64,000 nt of DNA from Octopus sinensis (lineage: Eukaryota): assembly GCF_006345805.1 (NCBI RefSeq), contig NC_043005.1, positions 87,110,001 through 87,174,000 of the forward strand, in the 5' to 3' direction. A program made the translations under genes and the position numbers. The notes under the pieces were generated by a model. The model had not been told where the DNA came from and did not search any database. It was given only the letters and a program-made list of their open reading frames with translations. The stretch's first letter is position 1; each line of letters opens with the position of its first letter. This document shows positions 23,043-36,078 of this stretch, in pieces.

Positions 23043-23372
23043 TTTGATGTGCTTATATATATATATATAGTACAAAGAAAGATAGGGGTTATGGGTAACA
23101 CACTATGGGATATGATTTATACAGTATACTGTTGGTAAAGTGCCCAAATTCTTAATACATGAATGTTTTTAATTGCAACGTAAGAAGTAATTAGGATTTC
23201 ATTAATTATGACTTTTAAAACTATGACTTGTATTATTATCTTATCTATTGATTTATATATTTTTGTATGCTTTTGATGTTCTCATTTGTAAAATTAATAA
23301 ATAATCCAGCATTATATTATCCGTAAGTTGATGAACAAACCAAATTTGTTTCTCCATTTTTATTATTTGTAT

Positions 23373-23403
<31 letters not shown>

Positions 23404-23725
23404 GTATATATATATATGTGTGTGTGTTTATATATATATATGTGTGTGTGTGTGCATGCATATTATTGTGCCTGGGGAGTTTCATTCTCTTTTAGTGTCT
23501 TATTAATTTTTCCACTCATCTATTTATTTTAGCTAAAATTTTCATTGCGACTTCCAGCCTTTTCAGTAGTCACTGAGTCTGTCCGTTATCAGAATTGCGT
23601 TCTTTATTTTTTTGTAGCCATGCGTGTGCGTTAGCGTGTGTGTGTATATATATGTATGTATGCATTTATGTGTGTATGCATACTCATATTATACATGTGT
23701 GCACGTTTGTATGCATGAATGCATG

Positions 23726-23756
<31 letters not shown>

Positions 23757-23867
23757 TCTGCATATTTGTGTGTATGCATATATGTGTGTGCATGCATATA
23801 TATATATGTATCCATGTGTGTACAGTTGTATGTATGTATATATGTGTGTATGCGTGTGTTTGTGCCT

Positions 23868-25078
23868 GTCTGTCCATATTTCCTATTTAATACTGGTGAT
23901 GTTTCATTAATGATGATGTACTCTTCTATCTGTCTGAGTGTTGTGTCATTCCGGTGCTTGGATAAAATGCGGATGTCAAGTTGACCCAGTGTGCCTCCAT
24001 ATTGGTAGGATATGAAGGATCGTTTTTGTCGTCATATTGTTTCAGTCTCAGAGGTTCATTTAGTCTATCCCCAATGTCCTAGATGTCTCACCTTATATAT
24101 TATGTTTTTGTCTTTGCAAGCGCCCTCTATGCACCTTATGCACTTCTAGTTCTACAGTTAATGCCAGTTTTAATCTTACATACTATGCAGTTATCATTGG
24201 TGCCTTTGGTATTCTCAAAGGAGTACATCCTTCTTAGTTGTGATCTGATGGAGCTCCCTGGCTTTTCAACGATCCTAATCTTGATTTAAGCCTCCTTTAG
24301 ATCTTTCCTAAATGTACGAGCTTGTTATCCATGGGCTGAGGCCTCCACAAACATCACCCCTTGATATCTATCGGTCCTGAACCACGTATTCACCTTGTTT
24401 GCTTTGTCAGAAACTCCTTGTATCGTATTCCAGTCTTTACTTCTATATCTATTGCAGGTACCACTGGTTTCATTACTTATAATGCCAACTTCTTTCTAGC
24501 ACCCCTATATATCCGATCTCTATCTTTCTGATCATATCGAGAAAACTGTATGTGGTGCATGAAGTTCCGTTCATGCTGCTTCGTTTCACAGGATTCGCAT
24601 AGGGGGACACGCTCTCAATTATCCTCACTAGGTCTGCTATCGGTTTGTTGATTTTTATGCTGTGTGACAAAACTGAGTTCTTGTGAACAACATATTTAGA
24701 AGCTATAGGCTTCATGTAATATATGTGAAGAAGCTGCACTCTGTTGTTCACAGTCTCTAACCAAAGTTCAGTATCAAGGACAGGGAGCCTATTGTGAGGG
24801 TTCCTATTGGGGTAATCTATAGTTCCTTTGATACTTTGGTGCATGGAGTTAGCTACATGCTTGATGTTCTACGTTATGCTCCTCTCCGTTTCTACATGGC
24901 TGTTATTAGAGTCTATCCTAATTAGAGCGTCAATATCATCTACATACCTACAGTAAAGTAAAACATTACTGGATTGTTTTCCTAAGGATCGTTTTAGTTT
25001 CCTGTACCACTAAGTCCCGAAGAAGCCGGCCTCATCTCTAGCCACACCGATACCAATAGCTGCACCTTGAACATGCAT
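23868..25078 (-). pseudogene. Penelope-like element relic: RT plus GIY-YIG endonuclease
   Basis: HVQGAAIGIG; LLYCRYVDDID (24935-24946 encodes YVDD); DYPNRNPHNRLPVLD...YYMKPIAS; IRIVEKPGSSIRSQL; DNCIVC; GETSRTLG (frameshifted); LRQIEEYIIINETSPVLNR. Confidence 0.85.
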
Positions 25079-25093
25079 GTATAGTTTGTTGTT

Positions 25094-25127
<34 letters not shown>

Positions 25128-25131
<4 letters not shown>

Positions 25132-25482
25132 CAAATAAGAAAATGGAGAAACAAATTCGGTTAGTTCATCAACTTACGGATATTATAATGTTGGATATTT
25201 ATTATTTTACAAATGAGAACATCAAAAGCATACAAAAATATATAAATCAATAGATAAGATAATAATACAAATACAGATTTTAAAAGACATATTATAAATT
25301 AATGAAGAACAAACTAAATTTGTTTCTCCATTTTCTTATTTGTATTATAAATCTGCGGTAAAAATATTCTTTACCTTCACCCGTTTAAAGCAATAAATGA
25401 ATTAATTGCATTACGAACAGTATATTGGATAAATGATATCCCATAGTGGGTTACACCCATAACCCATTTCTTACTTTGTACT
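25128..25482 (+). mobile_element. Family D element with a 30-bp perfect inverted terminal segment (25128-25157 vs 25317-25346)
   Basis: aatacaaataagaaaatggagaaacaaatt and its exact reverse complement; flanked by (TA)n. Confidence 0.75.
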
Positions 25483-25668
25483 ATATATATATACACCTAT
25501 GAATGTAAGTATGTAATGCTTCTTACAACAGAAAGAGCTATAAAGCGTTTACGCAACTCCTGTTTTATTCTTTTCATCATATATATATATATATATGTTT
25601 ATATATATATACATGTACACGCCGAACACATCTATCTTTATATATATACATATAAATATATACACGCA

Positions 25669-25703
<35 letters not shown>

Positions 25704-25704
25704 C

Positions 25705-25785
<81 letters not shown>

Positions 25786-27088
25786 TAGATATAGATATAT
25801 ACAGGCAAACATGGAGTATGATTAGGTCCGTACCCTTCCTAGATATCAATTTGAGTAACTAAACACATTCATGCTTAAACAAACAATTGAAATATTATAT
25901 TCTAAATATTAAAATAAGCTGAGGTCTTGAAGCATAAACCGATATGTCATTGAAAGAATCCTGTTATTTATGTAAATTATTGATCCCGGTAATTGGGCAC
26001 AAATTCAAAGATGTTCTGCTTTCGTTGATACAGAGTCAATATAAATTGCTCCAATACATGTGAATTATATATTTTATGAAAATATTGAACAAGCTTTGAA
26101 TTATATTCCCAATATCGATTTAATCATATATATTATATGTAAATAGTTATTACACATGCGGAAAATGATATCTACTTTTGCTATATACCTACAAAACTTT
26201 AAGATACATGTGCAGTCAATAGACTAGATATTATCAAGTGCTTATTTCGTTAAACGTTGAAGCATGAAACGAACGAATTTCAATTGGGAACGTGAAGGAT
26301 GGAGAAAATGGCTGAAATATATCTTTTTCAGATACATTCATTCGTATTTTCTTTCTTGCTTTTTATTTAAACATTTTAATCGATCGTAGTGTTTTAAACT
26401 TCTTCTTCACTTTCTTTTTCTTTTTCCTTTTTTGTAGCTGCTCTGTTCTTCTTCGAAATTGAATGAATTTTATATTGCTTCAGACATGACGATGGAGTGC
26501 CATGGAGAAAAAAAAATGAACGACGAATTTCTCTGAGAACCCAATAGAAGAGTGATTGTTGCCATCCTGCTTGTTGACACATAAATCACCGGACCAATGC
26601 CAAACACTCTACTGCATCATGCTACACAGCATTACGCTTTCTCTCGTACAATGCCTGTTATCAGAGCATTGTAACGAAATAATGACTACAGCACTGTTCT
26701 TCCTATTGTACCACATCTTTGCAGCAGAAAATTGTGTAGAAGTGTTCTAATGTAGTACAGTATATTACCAGTTTACACAATAACATGCAATTTACAGCTA
26801 TTTTACAATACGATCCCTTATATGGTAATACATAGCGCAGCATTTTCTAAACTACATAGCACTCTATTGCGCAACACTATACTTCCAGACAATATATTAT
26901 TGTACTGCAGTGGATTTCCTACAGTTTATCAAATGCTGTTATTTTGCACTTGACAGCACTGAATCTTAAGCTGTATGGACTGCCTGGTACGGTGTTAAAA
27001 ACATTGCGCACGACGCTGCGCTGTTAAACACAAGGGATCCTAATGCTGATCACGCTGATGTTACATTAAAGGTTTCCATTCTAAAAAA

Positions 27089-27407
27089 GGAGTACTCCGT
27101 CGGTTACAACGACGATGGTCCCAGCTGATACGATCAACGGAACAGCCTGCTCATGAAATTAACGTACAAGTGGCTAAGCACTCCACAGACACGTACACTC
27201 TTAACGTAGTTCTGAGGGAGATTCAGCGTGACACAGACTGTGACAAGGCTGGCCCTTTGAAATGCAGGTACAACTCATTTTTGCCAGCTGAATGAACTGG
27301 AGCAACGTGAAATAAAGTGGCTTGCTCAAGGACACAACACATCGCTGGCAATTGAACTCACGACCTTACAATTATGAGACGAATGCCCTAACCACTAAGC
27401 CACGCGC
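27089..27407 (-). mobile_element. tRNA-derived SINE, near full length
   Basis: Reverse complement starts with A box tggcttagtgg and B box gagttcaattgcc, then tgtgtccttgagcaag... body. Confidence 0.85.
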
Positions 27408-27764
27408 ATTTACAAAGGTTTCCATTACACAGTGATGTATTATATTACGCGACAAATACGCCACTGCAGGACAAGGCACTCAACTTGTTCTCTACTTCGC
27501 TACACAGCATAAAAGAATATATAAGCATCCTTTTATTTTCTGCCTGTCAACACATCAGATCTTGTGTTGAACTACATACATTTACATCGAGGATTTCAAA
27601 TTCTTTCAAATGCAATTTGTCTTTCATTCTTTAGGACTTCGTAAAATTGTTGCAAGATAATAGAGTTGATTTGAATTACTGAATACCGAAGTCTATTGTC
27701 TCCTGTCAATCTAGACATCTAGACACTAATGTTTGCATTGATTGAATATAATACAGGTACAATC

Positions 27765-28140
27765 ATGGCTCTATAATAAGAAGCTTGTTTCTCAATTATA
27801 AGGCGTGGCACCTTAGGCAACTGTTTTTCTACTATAGCCTCGAGCCGACTAAAGCCTTATGAATGGACTTCATAGACGGAAACTGAAAGAAACCTCTTGT
27901 ATATGTCTGTGTGTGTGTGTATGTGTGTTTGCCCTCCACTGCCGTTTGAAAGTCGTGGTCATGCGTTTGTGCCCCCGTTATCTAGTGGTTCGGCAAAACA
28001 CTCATAGAACAAGTATCAGGCTTTAAAAAAAACTATAAGCATTTGAGTCGATTTGTTCGACTAAAACGTCTTTAAGGTGGTGCCCTAGAATGGCCAGTCT
28101 CCAATGGCTGAAACGCGTAAATAGTAAGAGACAAAAGATA
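27765..28140 (+). mobile_element. Diverged SINE (family of 47140-47549)
   Basis: gacggaaactgaaagaa...gtcgatttgttcgactaaa...ggtggtgccctagaatggcc...ggctgaaac. Confidence 0.7.
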
Positions 28141-29118
28141 TTGTGACAGGATATAAATCGTAAAACTATGGGACTGAATGCAATGTATTCAGCACGAAGT
28201 CTCACCACGTTTTCTTCTCAGCTGAAATCGTTGTCCACGCTACATTCCATACGCCAAGCTCGTCCAAGGGGCAATAAAGCCAGTACCGAGCACAAACCGA
28301 CATCTAATTATTGTTTGCTAACGGTAACCATCAATGAAGAAAGATTTACGTCATGCTGTGGCAATAAAAACGCACGTTAGCATCAGCCAAACAATAATTA
28401 AATTTTCATGATTCGTTTAAAAAAATATAACTGCAGCATTGATAAAATTTTCCCCTTGTATAGTAATCTTTTGAGTTCATAAAATAATATGTAATGATAG
28501 GTTTTATGTGTACACCAATGACTAATTATCTTACTTTTATCACACGATACCTTTCAAGAAATATATGCTTCATCTCACCAAAATGCGGTCAAGGCCTGCC
28601 CAATTTGTTTTTGTTGGTTTTCCAGTTTTTCATACGTGCCAGAGCCAGCTATTATACATCATACTAACTGATTTTCGAATTTTTTTCTGCTGTTCGTATG
28701 AGGATTATGCTACGTACCTTGTAAATATTGTTGATGTCTTATCTTCGTATCTGTATTTTGGTACAATTTCAAGCAGAACCGTAATTATTTTGCTGTATAA
28801 TAAAACACAGATCTGATAATGACATACGGCCTGTCGTACAATGTTGTTAACGTTCTCGTATGTCCTCTATTAGCTGCAATTCAGATTGCTATTGAAGCGC
28901 TGTCAACATACGTCTCCGTTTAGTTTTTGACATTTTGCTTTAGCAAGACAATTTCACAAGAGAAATAGAGGAATGAATAAAACCGATGACATCCATGAAC
29001 AAGAACTAAATATTCAGATAAAAGGAAAATGTGATCAAGCAAATGACTTGTGATGTGACGATTATGTTACAACATAGTAAACGATTTCATATATATCTAC
29101 CTGTCAAATTGTCCGTCC

Positions 29119-29187
<69 letters not shown>

Positions 29188-29299
29188 ATCTATCTATCTA
29201 TGTATCTGTCTATCTATCTTTCTATCTATCTATCTGTCTATCTATCTGTCTGTCTGTCTATCTATCTATATATCCCTCTCTATCTCTCTCACTCTCTCA

Positions 29300-29338
<39 letters not shown>

Positions 29339-29344
29339 CAGTGT

Positions 29345-29439
29345 GTATATGCAAAGGACCAGCTGAAGTTGGGCACTTATTAGAGCGCTTCAAGATTAGT
29401 GTTGACAAACACCGAGCGTACCTTTGGGGCAATCCAATA
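29345..29439 (-). mobile_element. Mariner-like 5' terminal fragment
   Basis: Reverse complement tattggattgccccaaaggtacgctcggtgtttgtcaacactaa aligns over about 95 bp to 29517-29620. Confidence 0.6.
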
Positions 29440-29516
29440 CATATATACATATATATGCGTGCGTGTGTGTATCTGTGTGTGTGTGTGCGTTTGTTTGTAT
29501 GTGTGTGTTTGTGCGC

Positions 29517-29880
29517 ATTGGGTTGGCCAAAATGTCCGTTCGATGTTTGTCAACACTAAACTTCAACCACTTTAATGAGTAGCTAATTTCAGCTTCTCCC
29601 TTGCGAATGCGCACTCATTAGACACTTGACGCTTCAACATTGTTTCGGAGCAAAGTTGCAACTTGACAAGTCGTATTCTGTGTGCTCCGGATCACCTTGA
29701 AAATGGAGAACTAGGACGAACATATTCGACGCCTCATACATTCTATTTTGTTGTTTTAAAGGCTAGAAAGCGGTAGGAAACCGCAGTGTGATATGCGTTC
29801 TGTAGCGAGAGGATGTTTTTTATGGATCGTGTGTGACAGAACTGACTTTCAAAATTTCGATCGCAAATTTTTCGGTTCAA
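29517..29880 (+). pseudogene. Mariner relic: 5' TIR and decayed transposase N-terminus
   Basis: attgggttggccaaaatgtccgttcg TIR; MEN*DEHIRR...KAV...GEDVF...FQNF resembles the mariner N-terminal HTH (MEHQKEHFRHILLFYF...). Confidence 0.6.
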
Positions 29881-30035
29881 AATGCATCTTGCTTCAGTTG
29901 GGCAAATGAGATTAATCTGAAATTCGTTTATTTTTCGTCACTGCTCGATACTGGTTGATAAAATAAGTACTATCTGAAAACCGAGGTCGACTAGAATCCT
30001 CCGCTAACAATGTCAGACTTTGAGCCTAGAGTCAA

Positions 30036-30072
<37 letters not shown>

Positions 30073-30944
30073 GTTATTATCATAATAACTAACTGGACTC
30101 GTGAAAAATTCAATGAAAGCAGAAAATGTAAGCAGTGTACTGGTGCCATGAGAAATATTTGTATATTACGGCAGTTTGTCTTTACGTTCTGAGTTCAAAT
30201 TCTCACGAGATAGCCTTTGTCTTTCGTTCTTTCGGGGTCGATAAATGAAGCATCCGTTGTTTACTAGGTCGATCTAATCAACTGGCCCCCTCCCCATAAC
30301 AAATTCAGGCCTAGAAAAGTATATTGTTACAGTTACAGAATATAGAAAGTAATGTAACACCAATGACTAATATAATCCAAAACATCTCTGTTGCACAAAC
30401 ATAAACGGAATTACTATTTAACCTAAAATACATCGTGCATATTCAAAGAACCTCAATGTACAAATTGAAATGCAAAAGAACAAAATAATAAATGGATTTA
30501 TGAATGAAAGGTTGGTAAGTGCGTTTATTTCCACCAAGCGACACTTATTATTGCAAACATGTTTTAAGTAACCTAAACTATACACACATACAAATACATT
30601 CATATATATATGTCTCCAGTTGTAGCTGTAATTCCGGTTTTGTCATATTCTGCGTGAGACTGAATCTCTCTGAAAACTACGTTAAAGTTATGCATTCCTC
30701 TGGAGTTCTCAGCCATTTGTGAGTTATTTTTTATCCTCGTGTGGCAATGAAAAGAGAAATTGACATCCAATATTTGCTGTGTGCATGTATCTACGTGTGA
30801 ACTTTTCTTTGGTTTTACGTATCTGTCGTCTCTCTCACTTTCTTTCTCTTTCACTTCCTTTGTGTCCCTCTTCTATCCAGCATTTGATTTAACAACGTGT
30901 ATATGTATCTATATACCTACTTCTCTAGCAATGTGAGAAGCATT

Positions 30945-31260
30945 TAAAAACACAAAACGAACGTTGTCACCACTCACTGTCTCTTTCACGTTTTCTATTT
31001 CTCTCTCACAATTTCTTTCTCTCTCTCACTTTCAAAACGAACGCTGTCACCACTCACTGTCTCTTTCACTCTCTCTCTCTCTTTCTCTCTTACGTCATCT
31101 CTGAAACATTTAAAAACACGAAACGAACACCGTCAGTACTCAATTTCTCTTTCACTCTCTCTCTCTCTCTCTTTCTCCTCACTGTCACTTTCTCCCTCAC
31201 TCTACCTTTCTCTCTCACTTTCTCTTACGTCCTCTCTCTATTCCTCTCTCTCGATTTGCC
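30945..31260. repeat. Three ~80-bp degenerate units (aaaacgaacgYtgtcaccactcactgtctctttcac) interleaved with (CT)n
   Basis: Unit cores near 30953, 31035 and 31115. Confidence 0.7.
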
Positions 31261-31454
31261 ACTACTTTGAAGTGTGACACACACAACAGGTACCTCAAAA
31301 CCAAAGGAGTTAGTGTATTAATATTATTGATAATAATAATATTATCACTTCTACGAAAGGTACAGGACATGAAATTTTCTTGTTGTGGAGTCGTCAATTA
31401 CATCGACCCCAATTTTTTACTGGTGTTTAATTTATTGATCCAGAAACGTTCCGT

Positions 31455-31590
31455 GTTCAAATGCCGCTGAGGACTAATTTGCATTTCGGGTTCGATAAAT
31501 TAAGTACCAGTTGCGTACTGGGGTCGATCTAATCGACTGGTCCCCTTCCCACGAATTTCAGGCCTCGTGCCTATAGCAGAGAGGATTTTC
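31455..31590 (+). mobile_element. SINE 3' fragment followed by an (ATT)n(ATC)n tract to 31728 (similar fragments at 30110-30320 and 32778-32915)
   Basis: gtcgataaattaagtaccagttgcgtactggggtcgatctaatcgactgg-like domain. Confidence 0.75.
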
Positions 31591-31640
<50 letters not shown>

Positions 31641-31673
31641 CATCATCATCATCATCATTATTATCATCACCAC

Positions 31674-31728
<55 letters not shown>

Positions 31729-31984
31729 GTATCTTGTTGCTTTACACAACTTTTATCGTGTCCGGTTTACTAATGCTTCCTTTCAACTTACATCTCGGAT
31801 TTAATGAACTTTTATTATTATAAAAGTATTTTGCACTTCGTATTTCTTCTAACACTGTATTTAAGATTTTCCCGTTTGATTCTAGTTAAAACTAGTAAAC
31901 GTTCATTCTGCGCTAACGCCTATGCTCAGGTCAAGATTGAATTTTACACGTCTTTTACTGAAATAATACTCGTTCACAATATTT

Positions 31985-32330
31985 AAAGCGCCAGTTATAA
32001 TGAACAGCATCATGATCTTTCTAACTACTCTGTTCCAGCACTCAAGGATTTCTTTCTTACTTGAAGCCGGTATAATACACTCGATTTACATTTTTCCTCT
32101 CTTTAGGACTCAGATAGCAAAAGCACATGTTCCGCCGATTACAAAGCATACATCCTTCTTCTTATCACCGACTGCAATATCCATACATTTGCGTTCTATT
32201 CTCCTTTCTGTTTGTATAGTTAAGTTCCATAGGAACATCACTTCATCGCTTGCAAAGGATTGCATCTCTATTCTCACAAAATGGTTATCACTTTTTTGTT
32301 TTCTTTACATGAAAAACCAAATTTCCTGCA
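31985..32330 (-). pseudogene. Restriction-like endonuclease domain relic of an R4/Dong-type LINE
   Basis: MFLWNLTIQTERRIERKCMDIAVGDKKKDVCFVIGGTC...KEILECW...IITGAL matches the LWDFxIQTD...PDIVVxDKK...IIxGALG pattern. Confidence 0.6.
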
Positions 32331-33408
32331 AAACCAAATTTCCTGCAAAACGTCCACTGCATTATTGCCGCAATCTTATCAGGCACACACATTTTTTAAT
32401 TCATTGTCAGATAACTACCATAATTCCGATCCAATGCAAACTATAACCTCATCTGAATCATTAGGCATTCTACATTTCCGTGAACATTTCTGCTGATTTC
32501 TTAACTGCTTCTTTAAATTTACTCCCAGGGCCTGTTCTTGCGCTGCCAAACTCATTCAGGGGCTCTCATTTCTTCAATATTCCTTTCTTAGTTATAGCCG
32601 CCTTTCAATGTCTTCATTTATTTCTTTTGTACTTGCTCACTATTATTATTATTTTCTATTATTGTTATCGTTATCCTTATTATTATTATTAGTAGTAGTA
32701 GTAGGAGGAGGAGGAGGAGGAGGGGGAGGGAAGAGGAGGAGGAGTATAAAGGGTGTCGGTGGTAAGCAGTATCTTTATAGATGGCGCCAAGATGGCAAAA
32801 TCATTGGAACGCCGGGCATATTGCATAGCGGTATTTCGTCCATCGACGGTATTTCGGGGTCGATTAAATAAGTACCAGTTACGCACTAGGGTCGATATAA
32901 TCGACTTAATCCGTTGTATAAACATGTGTGCGCGTGTGTGTGTGTGTGTGTGTATGTGTGTGTGTGTGTGTATAACGTTCTAAGGATATAGCTGTGTAAC
33001 GTACTAAGCATATAGCTGTTTAAGGTACTAAGGATATAGCTATTTCTGGCATTAAAAATAATCTCTAAAACAATTTGGAATTAAATTGATTACATTAATG
33101 ATAATAAACAACTAATTCCAATCGTACTGACAGTTGTAAATAAGTGGTTGTAAATACAGCATCAACACAAAATTACTTACGTCGAAAACTTATCGGCTCT
33201 GGACATCAAAATCCCATCCAATTATATTTTGCTCAAATTAACTATTTTATCGTTGCATAGAATTTATCTTTTCCGCTGACATAAGATACATAGATTACTA
33301 CAATATATGAAATTGAATTAATTTTCCAAATAAGTAAATTGGTTGTGTCACAAAATAATACATATCTTCTAAAATATTTCAAACATTGTCACGAACTAAC
33401 GTAATATA

Positions 33409-33448
<40 letters not shown>

Positions 33449-33453
33449 TATAC

Positions 33454-33580
<127 letters not shown>

Positions 33581-33859
33581 TAGCTATAGATATAGCTATA
33601 GATATAGCTGTAAATGGGTAAACCTGCGACGGTGCCTTCTGATCAGAGATGTTGTTCCAATTGTTCTTGCCAGTGGAGTGACATCATTCGAAAGCTAAAA
33701 CGATGCAAAGCGCATTGTGGCAAGCGATGTATAACAGCATCTGATAGTCTGATCGCTCTCCTGATCCCGTGATACACATTCACACACACACATACACACA
33801 TACATATATATATATAAACACACTCACACATGCGCACACATATATACATACTTCAGCAA

Positions 33860-34063
33860 AATAGCTATACGTGGTCCGTTGGCGATTTTTTCTCCTCCTT
33901 CTTTAGAATTTTCTCTTTCTCTTTTCCGACGAAGAGCTATGCTCGAAACATTAAACTCTCCCCTTTCACCGAACGTCAGGCTAATACATTTCCTCATGTT
34001 CGTTGTTATTCCTCCTTTTTTCTCCTCTTTTTTCGTGCATTTGAATTGTTTTGCTTATTTGAA
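33860..34063 (+). mobile_element. Family A-like short element with mutated HHR motif (33923-33955)
   Basis: ttt-CCGACGA-a-gagc tat gctc-GAA-ACAT-T-aaa; ends at (TA)n. Confidence 0.55.
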
Positions 34064-34064
34064 T

Positions 34065-34105
<41 letters not shown>

Positions 34106-34635
34106 ATATACACGGTAGTCTAACAAATCCACTCGCAAGGCTTTTGTCGGCCGATGGCTAAAGTAGAGAAGAAACCTCCCCAAAATCCCAAGCAATGAGA
34201 CTGAACCCGAAACCTTGAAGTTGGAAAGCAAACTTCTTACCACAAAACCACGCCGGTGCCTAAATATTAGTTTTATTCAATTATTTGTATTTATTCATTA
34301 TTTTCATTTAATTAAGGAATTTGCAACCACTTTGTTGCTGTTAAGAAATTGAATTTGTTCAGCTTCGTTAAGTTTTCATGTCTAGCCCAATTTATTGCAA
34401 ATTTTTGCTTTACAACCATTCTTTGCATTGCGTCGATTTCAATCACACCCCATAAACGAACCCAATTATATAAAACTCATGATTCTTTTTACGATCCTGC
34501 TTTATCATTTTATAGTTCTACATTATTTATATCTACTTCACATTTATTGTGTAATTATTATTCTATTTCTGTTATTTATATTCCAAAGAATCAAATTCCA
34601 CAAAATCATTTTTATTATTGTGCAACAAGATTAAC

Positions 34636-35045
34636 GAGGTGAGATGGCAGAAAGGTGCTAACGTTTCTGCCATCTCACCTCGGGAGAAATGCTTTGCGGT
34701 ATTTCGTCTGCCGCTACGTTCTGAGTTCAAATTCTGCCGAGGTCGATTGCCCTTTCATCCTTTCGAGGTCGATAAATTAAGTACCAGTTACGCACTGGGG
34801 TCGATATATTCGACTTAATCCGTTTGTCTGTCCTTGTTTGTCCTCTCTGTGTTTAGCCCTTGTGGGTACTAAAGAAATAGATATTTCGTCTGTCTTTACC
34901 TTCTGAGTTCAAATTCTGCTGAGGTCGACTTTGCCTTTCATCCTTTCGGAGTCCATAGATTAAGTACCAGTTGCATACTGGAGTCGATCTAATCGACTGG
35001 TCCCTCCAAAAAAAAATTCGGACCTTCTGCCTAAACTAGAAAAGA
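34636..35045 (+). mobile_element. Dimeric tRNA-derived SINE with a fold-back at its 5' end
   Basis: Two ttctgagttcaaatt...gtcgataaattaagtaccag monomers joined by tttgtctgtccttgtttgtcc...gaaatag; same architecture at 37428-37825. Confidence 0.85.
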
Positions 35046-35285
35046 ATATACTACTACACTACTACTACTACAACTACTACTACTACTACTGCCGCTGTAG
35101 CTGCTGCTGCTGCTACTACTACTACTACTAGTACTAGTACTCTAGTGAATTTGAGCGGAATTTGAACTCAGATCTTAAATACGCACGAAATGTCTCTAAG
35201 CATTTCGTCAGAGTTTTAAACATTCCGCTTGCTCACTGCCTTAATGGTAACTTGTAATTACTTATTCAGGGTGTCTCAGAGATGA

Positions 35286-35431
35286 CCGGTAATAAAGTCA
35301 CAGTTTTGGCTAAGAAAAAAGTCACAATTAAATTATGGGTTCTCAACAAAACCCTTCTAGGACAAAACCCTCCAGACAAAATTTCTGTGACGTTTTTTCC
35401 GTGACTTTTTTCCTGTAACTTTATTACCTGG
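35286..35431. mobile_element. Small fold-back/MITE-like element
   Basis: ccggtaataaagtcacag...aaaaaagtcac versus gtgacttttttcctgtaactttattacctgg (imperfect inverted ends). Confidence 0.45.
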
Positions 35432-35744
35432 ATTCGTTTCAGAAGTAACTATCTATTTTATTGAAACTGAGAAAATTAAAAAAGAAAAAAAGACGGACAG
35501 AATTTCGTGTTTATTTCTTAATTATGATACCAAAGCAAATATATTTATAAAACTTACGTCAAAACATTAACTTTTTGAAGCATTTCAGGAGTGATTTCGT
35601 CCGCTACTTATAAAATGCATTGTTGAAAATCACCTGAACTAGCTCCAACCTGGGATGGAGGCAGAGAAAATGATTGCGACAAAATTGAAAAAGAGCTATC
35701 AATATCCAATGATATACTCATCTTAATCTACCTATAACCTTAAT

Positions 35745-36078
35745 CGTGGAGGCACAATGGCCTAGTGTTCAGGGCAGCGGTCGTAGGATAGCGGTTTCGA
35801 TTCCCAGACCGGGCGTTGTGAGTGTTTATTGAGTGAAAACCCCTAAAGCTCCACGGGGCTCCGGCAGTGGATGGTGGTGAACCCTGCTGTGCTCTTTCAC
35901 CACATCTTTCTCTCACTCTTTCTTACTGTTTCTGTTGTACCCGTATTTCAAATGGCCAGCCTTGTCACACTCTGTGTCACGCTGAATCTGCGGACTGCTC
36001 AGCCACTTGCTCACTTGCAAGCTGTTCCGTTGATTGGATTAACTGGAACCCCCGTCATCGTAACCGACGGAATGCCAC
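35745..36078 (+). mobile_element. tRNA-derived SINE (family shared with 48851 and 55469)
   Basis: cgtggaggcacaatggcctagtg head, B box ggtttcgattccc, tail ...cgtaaccgacggaatgcc. Confidence 0.85.

Larger units (their letters stand above)
19876..23372. repeat. ~1.8-kb tandem segmental duplication (19876-21656 and 21675-23372)
   Basis: Colinear high identity with offset 1791 at the HHR; (TA)n at both ends and at the junction. Confidence 0.95.

Noticed and set aside
25160-25200. TGATGA...GAA in family D as an HHR
   Set aside because: It folds as a simple aacaaa/tttgtt hairpin with no GAAA after it and no helix I.
26400-26560. Polypyrimidine tract plus AG as a splice acceptor
   Set aside because: No convincing downstream exon or donor; such tracts are common in this genome type.
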